Origin: a virus
Lineage: Duplodnaviria > Caudoviricetes
DNA length: 24,619 nt
Strand: one strand, 5' to 3'
IMG/VR virus record: IMGVR_UViG_3300005805_000469
Span: 1 to 24,619 of that record
In this document: piece by piece, positions 16,955-24,619 of the stretch
Layout of the letters: each line of letters opens with the position of its first letter
Position numbering within the stretch: the first letter of the stretch is position 1
Translations under genes and position numbers: made by a program
The notes under the pieces: generated by a model
What the model was told of the DNA's origin: nothing
Database searches by the model: none
Seen by the model: only the letters and a program-made list of their open reading frames with translations

Positions 16955-19814
16955 CTTTCGTGGCTTCTTCAGCGGCTTCGGCTACATCCTCTTGTATGTC
17001 AGGGTTTTCTAAGCCGTGTTGCGCTGCCGCTATAAATACATCGGGGTCAAGAAAATCACCCCGCGAGCAGTCAAATACATAGGCATCGACGGGAGGCACA
17101 GCACTTAGTTTGGTGCCTTTAGACATCCGTTTTTTGATCATACCGCCGTAGACTCCTTCAGCAGTCAGCGACGTTAGAACGTCCTTCAAAGTAATCCTAT
17201 GATCGCTGCAATACTTCCGTAGGGTCGTAGCGGTTATGTAAAGTTTCATGGTGTCCGGTTCCATGCGCAGGACCAATTCGCCCCGTGGCTCTAGAATCGG
17301 CAGCATTTCTACCCCGGTACGCTTATCAACTTCACCATTGATGACCAGCGTATTGTTACGATGGATGTTCCAAAACTCACCAATCACGCTAGCTTGGCTT
17401 GTCAGCGGGGGTTTAATTTCCTCTTTCATGTCGCCAAATAGCGTGAGCATCCACTTAAATACACGGCCGACGTCAATGTCAAAAAGACCTAAGCGCTTGG
17501 CAAACAAAGCCCCTGCAATATTGCAGGCTGCAACCCCAGACCAAAACCGCTCACGATTGGTAAAACCAACTTTCTTGTCAATAATCTTTTGGATTTGACG
17601 GACTTCTTCAATGCGTTCATCTAAATTAGATACCAAATCACGGATATAGATACGCCCTGCGTGACCATAGTTTGCATACAGTTTGGGGTAGATTTCATCA
17701 GCTTCTTCCTTGCTAAGTAGTTTTATAGGGGGAACCTCGTACTCGATAACCCTCATTAATTCGCCATCAGCCGTGGCAACCAAAGATTTCAGCTTGTCAA
17801 CTACCGATGCGTTTGAGGAACACAGTAGAATCGTCTCCCATCGAGCAAAGTTTTTTCGTTCTTGGTTAGTGCTAGCCATCATCCGACCACGGCCTCGGCC
17901 TTGTGAAACCGCATACACAAAGTCAGAAAAGTCGTCGCCTGTCATCTTTGTGATTTCATCGCAGCCTAAGCCAAGGTTATTCATTACCCCAAGGCGGTGC
18001 AGTCGGACGTTCATGGTGTCCCTTGCAATCAACATCGCTTCTTCGGGGTGCCCATAGACACTATGCATGGCCTTGAGAGTAGTGGTTTTCCCTGTGCCTG
18101 ACTCGTTATTAATTAAGTTAATTACCGCCCCTTTTAGGTTTAGCAATTTCATTAGCGGGGCGCCAAACGCCGTAAAAAACCCAAATGCCATGGGCTCAAA
18201 GCCGGGGTTGTTATACACATTAATAACTGATTGCCACTCTTCCAAAGAGCCTTTTGGTTCAAACCACGGCGACAGATCTTTGGTGTAGCTTGATGGTGGG
18301 CTGTATTTATCGGTATCGGCACAGATCTCTGTGTCACCAATAACAAACGAACGGAATTTATCCGTCCAACCAAATTGTATCCTCATTATCTCTGCCTCAT
18401 GTTTAAACTGTAGTTCTTTTGTAAACCGCACTATGTACACCATGATGGAATCCATCTGCTTTGGCAGTGCAACAATTCCGTAGTAAGACAGGCGGTCTCG
18501 TAATTTTTCTTTCGATAACAACTCCATGGCGGATAATGCAAATTCTTTTACTCCATCACGGGGGGTATGCAAACGCATCCAAACAACTTCACCGTACTCA
18601 GGATCACGCATACGCTTAACGACATAGAAGTCGTGCTCGTATATCAGATCAGGATCTTCACCTTCTTCTGCCGGACGACAGTAAACGCCGCCTGTTTTGC
18701 CACGAAAATATGGAAAAGGATACTCAGGTATCGTATAGACCACCGGCATAAATGCTGCAGGTGGTGTTACTTCAACCACATTATCGGCTGGCGTAGCTTC
18801 AGCGATCTCGGCACCGAGCACGATAGGAGATTTAATCTGCCCCCAATGCTGGCACTGCTCGCATATACCTGGGTTGTTTTTGTTAAATACTTCACAGGTG
18901 TACGGGCCTTTGATTAGCTTTACTTTATGCTCTGTCTCTTGCGCCGAATAGTTTGGGTGTTGCTTGGATATCTCGTGTATGGCGGTATCACTATCAACAC
19001 AGTAAGCTGCAATTGAAAGAGCCCCGCGCCACAGTGGTTCTTCAAGAGAATCTTGGTTATCTATGGCATGTTTAATCTGTGCGCAGCCTTCACCTTGCTC
19101 TGTCTTTAGCCATATTGTTTGGAATCGTGACTGCCGATTACCCATCAGCGCCCGAGTTAATTCGTTTAAATTACTAGTTGCATAGTCAGGGCCTTCACCG
19201 TCAGTATCAGATACCCCTAGTAAAGTCTTAAAAGTTTCAAAATCTATGGCCTGCGACAGATGCTGCAACTGCACTTGCGCTGGTGGGTCAGACTTAAAAT
19301 TAAGAGTCTCAGGCACTCGCAGTATCGACGCCGCATCTGATGTGCGTGAGGGATCGGCTTGTAGACTATGGTCTACGCATAGCTTTTTTAATTTTTCAGC
19401 TACGCGTTTCCACTCTAATCTTGACACCGCCGAGATCAGAGGCCAATAAACATGCAAGCCACGACCCGAGTTAACAATCGTAGGCTTCGGCAGTCCAAGC
19501 GTTTTACAAAACGTCAATAGAGCTGTGGCACCCTCGGCTTGATCTTCATATGGCTTATCTTTGCCACAATCTATATCAAGCCAAAACGCTTTTATGTTTT
19601 TTACGTTATCGGTTGTTCGGGTATTGTGAGCTTCGTATTTAGAACAGGCAAAGTAAACGTCATACTGCTTCTGCAAAAGAGTTGCAATTTCTGTGTCGGC
19701 TTCTTGAAGTGTAGCTACAAATATTTGTCTAGGTAGCCCATTCTTTTTCAAGCCGACGATGCAGTACCATCCCTCTGTAGATAGCACCGCCGACAACAGA
19801 TCTGTTGTAGCCAT
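16944..19814 (-). CDS. AEP (RepB-like) primase fused to DUF927/Cch-type replicative helicase
   Basis: 956 aa. AEP motifs WLDID, NSGRGLHVYW and DAASILRVP. Cys-rich middle domain. FGW motif, Walker A ESGTGKTT, Walker B LGCDE, QGRGRGR. Confidence 0.85.
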   Translation of the reverse strand: MATTDLLSAVLSTEGWYCIVGLKKNGLPRQIFVATLQEADTEIATLLQKQYDVYFACSKYEAHNTRTTDNVKNIKAFWLDIDCGKDKPYEDQAEGATALLTFCKTLGLPKPTIVNSGRGLHVYWPLISAVSRLEWKRVAEKLKKLCVDHSLQADPSRTSDAASILRVPETLNFKSDPPAQVQLQHLSQAIDFETFKTLLGVSDTDGEGPDYATSNLNELTRALMGNRQSRFQTIWLKTEQGEGCAQIKHAIDNQDSLEEPLWRGALSIAAYCVDSDTAIHEISKQHPNYSAQETEHKVKLIKGPYTCEVFNKNNPGICEQCQHWGQIKSPIVLGAEIAEATPADNVVEVTPPAAFMPVVYTIPEYPFPYFRGKTGGVYCRPAEEGEDPDLIYEHDFYVVKRMRDPEYGEVVWMRLHTPRDGVKEFALSAMELLSKEKLRDRLSYYGIVALPKQMDSIMVYIVRFTKELQFKHEAEIMRIQFGWTDKFRSFVIGDTEICADTDKYSPPSSYTKDLSPWFEPKGSLEEWQSVINVYNNPGFEPMAFGFFTAFGAPLMKLLNLKGAVINLINNESGTGKTTTLKAMHSVYGHPEEAMLIARDTMNVRLHRLGVMNNLGLGCDEITKMTGDDFSDFVYAVSQGRGRGRMMASTNQERKNFARWETILLCSSNASVVDKLKSLVATADGELMRVIEYEVPPIKLLSKEEADEIYPKLYANYGHAGRIYIRDLVSNLDERIEEVRQIQKIIDKKVGFTNRERFWSGVAACNIAGALFAKRLGLFDIDVGRVFKWMLTLFGDMKEEIKPPLTSQASVIGEFWNIHRNNTLVINGEVDKRTGVEMLPILEPRGELVLRMEPDTMKLYITATTLRKYCSDHRITLKDVLTSLTAEGVYGGMIKKRMSKGTKLSAVPPVDAYVFDCSRGDFLDPDVFIAAAQHGLENPDIQEDVAEAAEEATKDAS

Positions 19815-19816
19815 TC

Positions 19817-20071
19817 TTAACCCAAGTGGACTTTGTGTTTGAGTTTCGCAACAACTTCCTCAATTTTCTCAATATGCTTCTTGCGTGGCATTTCCTGTCC
19901 CTTAAACCACTTGTAAATGGTCATACGGCTGACATTAAAGAACTGCGCCGCATCCGCAACCGGGATGTCTTGAGCAATACACAGCCTCCCTAGCATAACG
20001 CCAGGGTGGGCTGTGGATGCGTGTTTGTTAGTCTCTACTAAGCGAGACGAATAACCACGGGCTTCTGTCAT
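19817..20071 (-). CDS. Cro/XRE-like helix-turn-helix protein
   Basis: 84 aa; IPVADAAQFFNVSRMTIYKWFKG fits the HTH pattern. Confidence 0.8.
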   Translation of the reverse strand: MTEARGYSSRLVETNKHASTAHPGVMLGRLCIAQDIPVADAAQFFNVSRMTIYKWFKGQEMPRKKHIEKIEEVVAKLKHKVHLG

Positions 20072-20073
20072 GA

Positions 20074-20934
20074 TTATTCATCATCGGTGGACCAACTGTT
20101 TAAAACGTCTGCAAAGTCTTTCTTGGGTGCAGGCTCAGCGTTTTTCTTGGCAACCCGTTTTGTAGGCTCTGCGGGTTCAGCCTTTGCCGGAGCAGGTGCC
20201 GCTACTGCTTTAGGTTTAGCACCGTCTGTCTGCGCAGGGGTTTGAATGACTGCTGATTTAGCAGCGGGGCTATTGCCTTTTTCTTTTGCAATTTCCCACT
20301 CATCGCGTTTTAAGAACCTAACAGGTTTGAACACCAGTTTTGGCGTAGCGCTGTCAGAATCAAAACGCATTTCAGTAACCAGCGTGTTAATGTTTTTGCC
20401 CTGCGAACCAACATATTTAGCGTACTGTTGGAATGGCATCTTATCTAGATCACCACGGCCAAAGATTGAAGTCGGCGCAAGAGACAACTGAAATACGTCG
20501 CCACCGATATCACCTTCAAGAACTACCGCAAGACGTTGCTGATACCGGCAAGCGCGGCTTTCACCCTGACCAGACCCCTTAATATTTTGTGGGCATCCAT
20601 CGCAGGTAGAATTTTGCGGGGCTTCAATACTAGCATCGGGTTTGATGCCATCATTTGACCAGCAGTCGGGGGCTGAAGCTTCACCAGCAACGTAAGCACT
20701 AGCATAAAACTGCCGAGACACATGCGGGTTACCGTTTACAATCACAACATTCATTGCACGGTTTTCGTTTTTGGCAATCTCCTCGCCGTTGACCATCATG
20801 CGGAACACACCGCCACGTACAGAGATACGCTTAAGTGCGGTATTGCCTGCTAGTGATTTGGTTAAATCATCAAGCTCGACTTCTTTAAGATAGTCGGGAA
20901 GGTTTTGGTTAAACAACGTAATGTCGCTCATCAT
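20074..20934 (-). CDS. Putative ssDNA-binding/annealing protein
   Basis: 286 aa. Beta-rich core with four Cys (PDCWS, CDGCP, RACR), Pro/Ala/Lys linker, acidic-aromatic tail (WSTDDE). Located in the replication operon; AGGAG upstream. Confidence 0.5.
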   Translation of the reverse strand: MMSDITLFNQNLPDYLKEVELDDLTKSLAGNTALKRISVRGGVFRMMVNGEEIAKNENRAMNVVIVNGNPHVSRQFYASAYVAGEASAPDCWSNDGIKPDASIEAPQNSTCDGCPQNIKGSGQGESRACRYQQRLAVVLEGDIGGDVFQLSLAPTSIFGRGDLDKMPFQQYAKYVGSQGKNINTLVTEMRFDSDSATPKLVFKPVRFLKRDEWEIAKEKGNSPAAKSAVIQTPAQTDGAKPKAVAAPAPAKAEPAEPTKRVAKKNAEPAPKKDFADVLNSWSTDDE

Positions 20935-21320
20935 TTTCTCCTAATGGTGATTTCATACTCTTGATCCACATTTAGCCCCGGTGGATGCGCTTCAGGGTGA
21001 TCCTCTAAAAACTCGCGCATGTTTGTTTGGTGTATGCGCTTTTCTAACAACTCCATAGCGCCATGCTCACGCATGAAGCCGTAGAAACTTTCCCAATCGT
21101 TAGTCCAATAACGATTCTTAATTGTGCGATACGCTGTGCCGTGTTCGGTGCCCCACTTTGTAACGCCTGTTTCTTTGCTAATATCGAGTAGCTTTTGTTT
21201 TAGCGTTCGCATTTCTTCATCAAGCTGCTCGGCTTTAGCTTCGTACTCGCGTGTCAGTTCTTCTTTGGCGTTACGGATTTTAATGTAAACGGCGACGATT
21301 TTATCTATGGATGAATCCAT
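20931..21320 (-). CDS. Hypothetical replication-module protein (N-terminal coiled coil)
   Basis: 129 aa; RBS AGAGGA, first gene after a near-consensus promoter, ATGA overlap with the next gene. Confidence 0.75.
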   Translation of the reverse strand: MDSSIDKIVAVYIKIRNAKEELTREYEAKAEQLDEEMRTLKQKLLDISKETGVTKWGTEHGTAYRTIKNRYWTNDWESFYGFMREHGAMELLEKRIHQTNMREFLEDHPEAHPPGLNVDQEYEITIRRK

Positions 21321-21347
21321 ATAGTCCTCTTGGTTAGTTTTTTTATT

Positions 21348-21375
21348 ATTGTAACTTAAAACTGTACTATGTCAA
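21348..21375 (-). promoter_or_regulatory. Sigma70-type promoter for the replication operon
   Basis: On the - strand: TTGACA (21375-21370), 16-nt spacer, TACAAT (21353-21348), then an A-rich leader and RBS. The -35 box overlaps the helicase stop codon. Confidence 0.8.
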
Positions 21376-22925
21376 GAATTAATTTCAGTTTTGTACAAAT
21401 CAATTATCTTGTTATGAAAATCTAGTTTGCTCTGCAACATGTTGTACAGCTTAGTCTCAACAGGACTACCCTCAACATGCACTACGGTGACAGGATTCTT
21501 TTGCCCTTGCCTATGTACGCGAGCGTTTGCCTGCAAGTAAGTCTCAATTGAAGTAACGGGTGCGTACCAAATTACAACATTTGCAGCCGTTAATGTTACA
21601 CCGTGTGCAGCCGCTTGTGGTTGGATTAGCAATACTTTTGGCTCAGGGTTTTCCTGAAATCTTTTGAAAATATCTGTACGTTTGTTAACACTTACATCAC
21701 CGTTGATGATCTCCGATGATACTTGATGCTTTGTCAAATAATCTTTTAGGAGATGGATTGTGTGCGTAAATGGAACAAATATTAGTATCTTATGAGATGC
21801 TTCTTCAATCACTTCCTCAATAACTTTTAACCTGTTTGATACATCAAACTCAATTACATTACCGGCATCGGTATACACCGCACCGCCAGAAATCTGGAGT
21901 AATTTAGTCAGGCTTGAGGCAGCATTGACCGCCGACACTTCTTCGCCTGCGGCGGCAATCAACATATCTTTTTTTAGTTGTTTGTAGTATTTAGATTGTT
22001 GGTCTGTCATAGGCACATACCGAGATGTATAAAGCATCTCTGGTAAATCCAAGCATTCTTCTTTTGTGTAGCGTATGGCAGGTTGTAACGTGTTATGGAT
22101 AACTTCGTTTGCTTTCGGCTTTGGAACCCATTTAAAACGGGTCAACTGATACATTACGGTGTCCCTAAATCCACCAAAGGTAAGCGGCAGGCGCTCGGGA
22201 ACATTTAGTTTTGCCAAGCCATATGCATCCAACGGGGACTGTGCAGCGGGTGTGCCTGTCATCATCCATACCCATGTGGTCGGTTTGATTAGGTTCTTCA
22301 TGACTTTGAATCGTTGAGTTCGGGCACTCTTATACGCATTCGCCTCGTCAATAATGATTAAGTCAAACCCACCATTTTCAATATCATCTTTGACAATCTC
22401 AACGCCATCAAAATTAATTACAACGTAGTCAGCACCGCCATTAATAATTTGTGCTCTCTTGTGCCTATCCCCGTATGCAATATCCACATGTCTATGCACA
22501 GCAAATTTAAAAAGATCTGCTTGCCACGCAGACTGCATGATAGACAGGGGACAAACAATTAAAACCCTGTTAATAACGCCTTGCGTTAATAGATAGTCTG
22601 AAGCCCAAATGGCAGATGCGGTTTTACCCGTGCCTTGTTCATTAAAGCAAAAAGCACGCTGATGCAGTGTGAGAAACGACGAAGTTTCTTTTTGATGGTC
22701 CATGGGTTTAAATAACCCCGGCCACTCGTAGTCTCTAATAATTGGAGATGGTACTTGTTTAATGTTTAATTTTCGAAGCGTCTGCGCTTCTTGCAATCCC
22801 CAATTAACTGCCACTTCACTGACATCACCTTCTTTCTGTAGCACTTTACTTTTTTTAATTGTTTCTGTTATGCGGCTAGGAAACCTCGTTTTCACCACCA
22901 AAACACGATCATTTATTATTTGCAC
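21372..22925 (-). CDS. SNF2-like superfamily 2 helicase/ATPase
   Basis: 517 aa; motifs EQGTGKT (I), IVCP (Ia), IIDEA (II), MTGTP (III), HGVTLTAA (V), QANARVHRQGQ (VI). Confidence 0.9.
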   Translation of the reverse strand: MQIINDRVLVVKTRFPSRITETIKKSKVLQKEGDVSEVAVNWGLQEAQTLRKLNIKQVPSPIIRDYEWPGLFKPMDHQKETSSFLTLHQRAFCFNEQGTGKTASAIWASDYLLTQGVINRVLIVCPLSIMQSAWQADLFKFAVHRHVDIAYGDRHKRAQIINGGADYVVINFDGVEIVKDDIENGGFDLIIIDEANAYKSARTQRFKVMKNLIKPTTWVWMMTGTPAAQSPLDAYGLAKLNVPERLPLTFGGFRDTVMYQLTRFKWVPKPKANEVIHNTLQPAIRYTKEECLDLPEMLYTSRYVPMTDQQSKYYKQLKKDMLIAAAGEEVSAVNAASSLTKLLQISGGAVYTDAGNVIEFDVSNRLKVIEEVIEEASHKILIFVPFTHTIHLLKDYLTKHQVSSEIINGDVSVNKRTDIFKRFQENPEPKVLLIQPQAAAHGVTLTAANVVIWYAPVTSIETYLQANARVHRQGQKNPVTVVHVEGSPVETKLYNMLQSKLDFHNKIIDLYKTEINS

Positions 22926-23217
22926 GCTTTCGTTCCCGTGGGCTAACTTCTGAAATTAATTTTTGTTTTGAATCTCTGTCAAATGATCTGTTAGCCGATG
23001 CCGATACAGCAGCTAACCCATCTTTGTAAGATCCACCTTTTGACAAAGCTTTCTTGTGATGCACATCTTTGCCATCCCCTTTTTTGACTACTCCTTTTTC
23101 CTCCATGATCCGACGGGCTCGGTTTCGTTCGGCACGTTTTTTCTTAACTTTTTCTGTGCCATCGTAATTCTCATACTCTCGTTTATAGTTGCGGTCAGAC
23201 TTATCTTTATATGGCAT
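22909..23217 (-). CDS. HNH endonuclease-like protein
   Basis: 102 aa, very basic; DGKDVHHKKALSKGG...ANRS. Strong RBS AGGAGG. Confidence 0.65.
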   Translation of the reverse strand: MPYKDKSDRNYKREYENYDGTEKVKKKRAERNRARRIMEEKGVVKKGDGKDVHHKKALSKGGSYKDGLAAVSASANRSFDRDSKQKLISEVSPRERKRANNK

Positions 23218-23226
23218 GGTAGCCTC

Positions 23227-23439
23227 CTATTGATATCCCTGTAATTGTGGATAATCTTTTAGCCCTAAGTCAAGTGCCAGTCTTTCGTTCTCGTCTTTTA
23301 GTTTGTGTACGTACTGTTGCAGGTTTGCTAGGTGTTCGTGCAGTCTGACGATCTCAAGTCCCGCCTGCTTCATCAGTTCTTGGGCTTCTTCAATCTCATA
23401 GACCGGATTGGCTAGTTTCTGTAAAAGATCTGTGTTCAT
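23227..23439 (-). CDS. Hypothetical coiled-coil protein
   Basis: 70 aa with a heptad pattern; AAGGA RBS and ATGA overlap. Confidence 0.7.
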   Translation of the reverse strand: MNTDLLQKLANPVYEIEEAQELMKQAGLEIVRLHEHLANLQQYVHKLKDENERLALDLGLKDYPQLQGYQ

Positions 23440-23639
23440 TCTTTCACCCTATAAAGTCTTACTCCACCTTGCTTGGTTATTTCTGCCAAGCCTTTTAAAA
23501 CAAAATAATCCAGCGCTCGTCTTGCGTGCGTCTCGCTAATTAGCAGAGTTTTCATGGCTTGTTTAATCGTCACGGGAGTTTTGCGCTTAACAACATAGTC
23601 CCACACGACTTGGTCCTTGGGGTCGATGCTAACGGGCAT
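23436..23639 (-). CDS. Winged-helix DNA-binding protein
   Basis: Start reassigned to ATG 23639 (MPVSIDPK, 67 aa), near the upstream stop. VTIKQAMKTLLISETHARRALDYFVLKGLA...LYRV fits a wHTH. Confidence 0.65.
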   Translation of the reverse strand: MPVSIDPKDQVVWDYVVKRKTPVTIKQAMKTLLISETHARRALDYFVLKGLAEITKQGGVRLYRVKE

Positions 23640-23838
23640 TTTGTTTGTTCCACATCTTTTGATTTTGTTTGCCAACCCACAGACCCGCACAGACCATTTC
23701 TAACTGTTCGCTCGGCGGGTCAGTTTTCAGCGCATAGTTCATTCCTACCCTGAACCCCTCGGCATGGGCCTTGTCAACCTTATGATCCATGTATAGGAAA
23801 ACCAAGGCGATAATGAAAGCCCAAAACATGATCTTCAT
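23629..23838 (-). CDS. Small membrane-anchored/secreted protein
   Basis: 69 aa; N-terminal hydrophobic helix IMFWAFIIALVFLYM; ATGA overlap. Confidence 0.7.
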   Translation of the reverse strand: MKIMFWAFIIALVFLYMDHKVDKAHAEGFRVGMNYALKTDPPSEQLEMVCAGLWVGKQNQKMWNKQNAR

Positions 23839-24173
23839 AGTCTGGTTCCCCCATTGTTACGGTTTTGGCAGGGCCATGCCTTCTTAAAAATCTCATTAAG
23901 TAATGCTTCTGCGTTACGGTTTCTCTGCGTAGGATTTGCGGCCAGCCATGCCGCCGCCATATCTCGGATTTGTCCAGCCGTGATTCCGCTTTGACTGCCG
24001 GGGCAAAAAGTTATGTTTACATACACATCGAACACTCCCATGACATAACCCAACGCTTGTATCCGTTCGGATACTTCAGAACTTGTTATTCTGTCGTAAA
24101 GGTTATTGCCTGTCCAAAACTCAGCCCGGGCCATAGCCGGGACAAACATCAAACAGACCAGCCACTTTTTCAT
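23835..24173 (-). CDS. Rap1a-like secreted immunity protein
   Basis: 112 aa, AAGGAG RBS. Signal peptide ending ARA. TGNNLY...GYVMGVFD...FCP...TAGQI...WLAANP...AWPC matches the Rap1a family pattern, including the Cys pair. Confidence 0.8.
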   Translation of the reverse strand: MKKWLVCLMFVPAMARAEFWTGNNLYDRITSSEVSERIQALGYVMGVFDVYVNITFCPGSQSGITAGQIRDMAAAWLAANPTQRNRNAEALLNEIFKKAWPCQNRNNGGTRL

Positions 24174-24385
24174 GTGTTCTCCTTTGCTACTTCTTTCCCA
24201 GCCTCAAGACCCATTTGATACGCCTGATCCCAAACATCATTGTTGCAATTGGCGGCGTTCCATCCGGCCTCAAATGCGGCCCAGTAGCCAGTCCTCTTGA
24301 TCACATCAAAGTCTTCGCAGGTGGCTGATTCGCTATTCATACGGCTGGTCTTCATCCACAGCAGCCATGCTTCTTCAATCGTCAT
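24170..24385 (-). CDS. Hypothetical protein (Trp-rich)
   Basis: Start reassigned to ATG 24385 (MTIEEAW, 71 aa), which has GGAGGA upstream. The longer ORF would overlap the upstream gene by about 145 nt. Confidence 0.7.
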   Translation of the reverse strand: MTIEEAWLLWMKTSRMNSESATCEDFDVIKRTGYWAAFEAGWNAANCNNDVWDQAYQMGLEAGKEVAKENT

Positions 24386-24617
24386 TTTGGTTATCCTCCA
24401 GATTACATTTGGCTCCAGCCTCATACCCTTTGGTCCAAGCCCGATGCCAACACAGACACCAAAGGTCGTGGTAGCCGCCACCAAGAGGAAACTTAAACTC
24501 AGGGTCATGGTGCATTTCAAACAAAGCCTTCACATCCTTGCGCTTGATGAACGCTTCCCATGCTTTGTCACGGTCAATGTTTTTAAGCGGTATATCGTCC
24601 CATAGTCCTTTAGCCAC
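24375..24617 (-). CDS. Hypothetical protein (Trp-rich); start at window edge uncertain
   Basis: 80 aa from a GTG; co-oriented and tightly packed with downstream genes; upstream context not visible. Confidence 0.65.
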   Translation of the reverse strand: MAKGLWDDIPLKNIDRDKAWEAFIKRKDVKALFEMHHDPEFKFPLGGGYHDLWCLCWHRAWTKGYEAGAKCNLEDNQNDD

Positions 24618-24619
24618 AG

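Noticed and set aside
23640-23690. N-terminal extension of the wHTH ORF given in the ORF track
   Set aside because: Overlaps the upstream gene; ATG 23639 gives normal packing and a compact domain.
24386-24520. Hydrophobic N-terminal extension of ORF 24170-24520 resembling a signal peptide
   Set aside because: Lies inside the upstream CDS in another frame; ATG 24385 has a clear GGAGGA RBS.
1-24619. CRISPR array, tRNA, integrase/att site, DGR, intron/intein or stop-codon recoding
   Set aside because: No spaced repeats, cloverleaf, recombinase, reverse transcriptase or splice motifs were seen by eye. Genes pack tightly under the standard code and use TAA, TAG and TGA as stops.

Overview
Fragment of a tailed dsDNA phage genome, probably podovirus-like with a Gram-negative host (inferred from a sigma70-type promoter and a secreted Rap1a-like protein). 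There are two convergent modules. The + strand (1-16654) carries late/virion genes: a 5'-truncated M15-family peptidase endolysin, a nozzle-like tail protein, a chimeric tail fibre-like protein, three Gly/Ala/Gln-rich ejection-type proteins with a GNAT gene among them, and a 2804-aa polyvalent ejection protein. That giant protein contains an intact GHKL ATPase, two different HExxH zincin motifs and a PLxRFG domain. The - strand (24619-16757) carries early/replication genes: small accessory ORFs, a Rap1a-like immunity protein, a wHTH protein, an HNH-like protein, a SNF2-like helicase, an SSB-like protein, an HTH protein and an AEP primase-DUF927 helicase fusion. Three observations stand out. 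(1) A wHTH-GHKL ATPase-Wss1/SprT-like protease cassette sits inside the injected protein. (2) A four-hairpin RNA element at the 3' end of the replication operon exposes anti-Shine-Dalgarno sequences, one exactly complementary (10 nt) to the RBS of the first gene of the same operon. (3) A hydrophobic-[AK]-x-G-G motif recurs across three ejection proteins. All calls come from reading motifs by eye; no searches were run.
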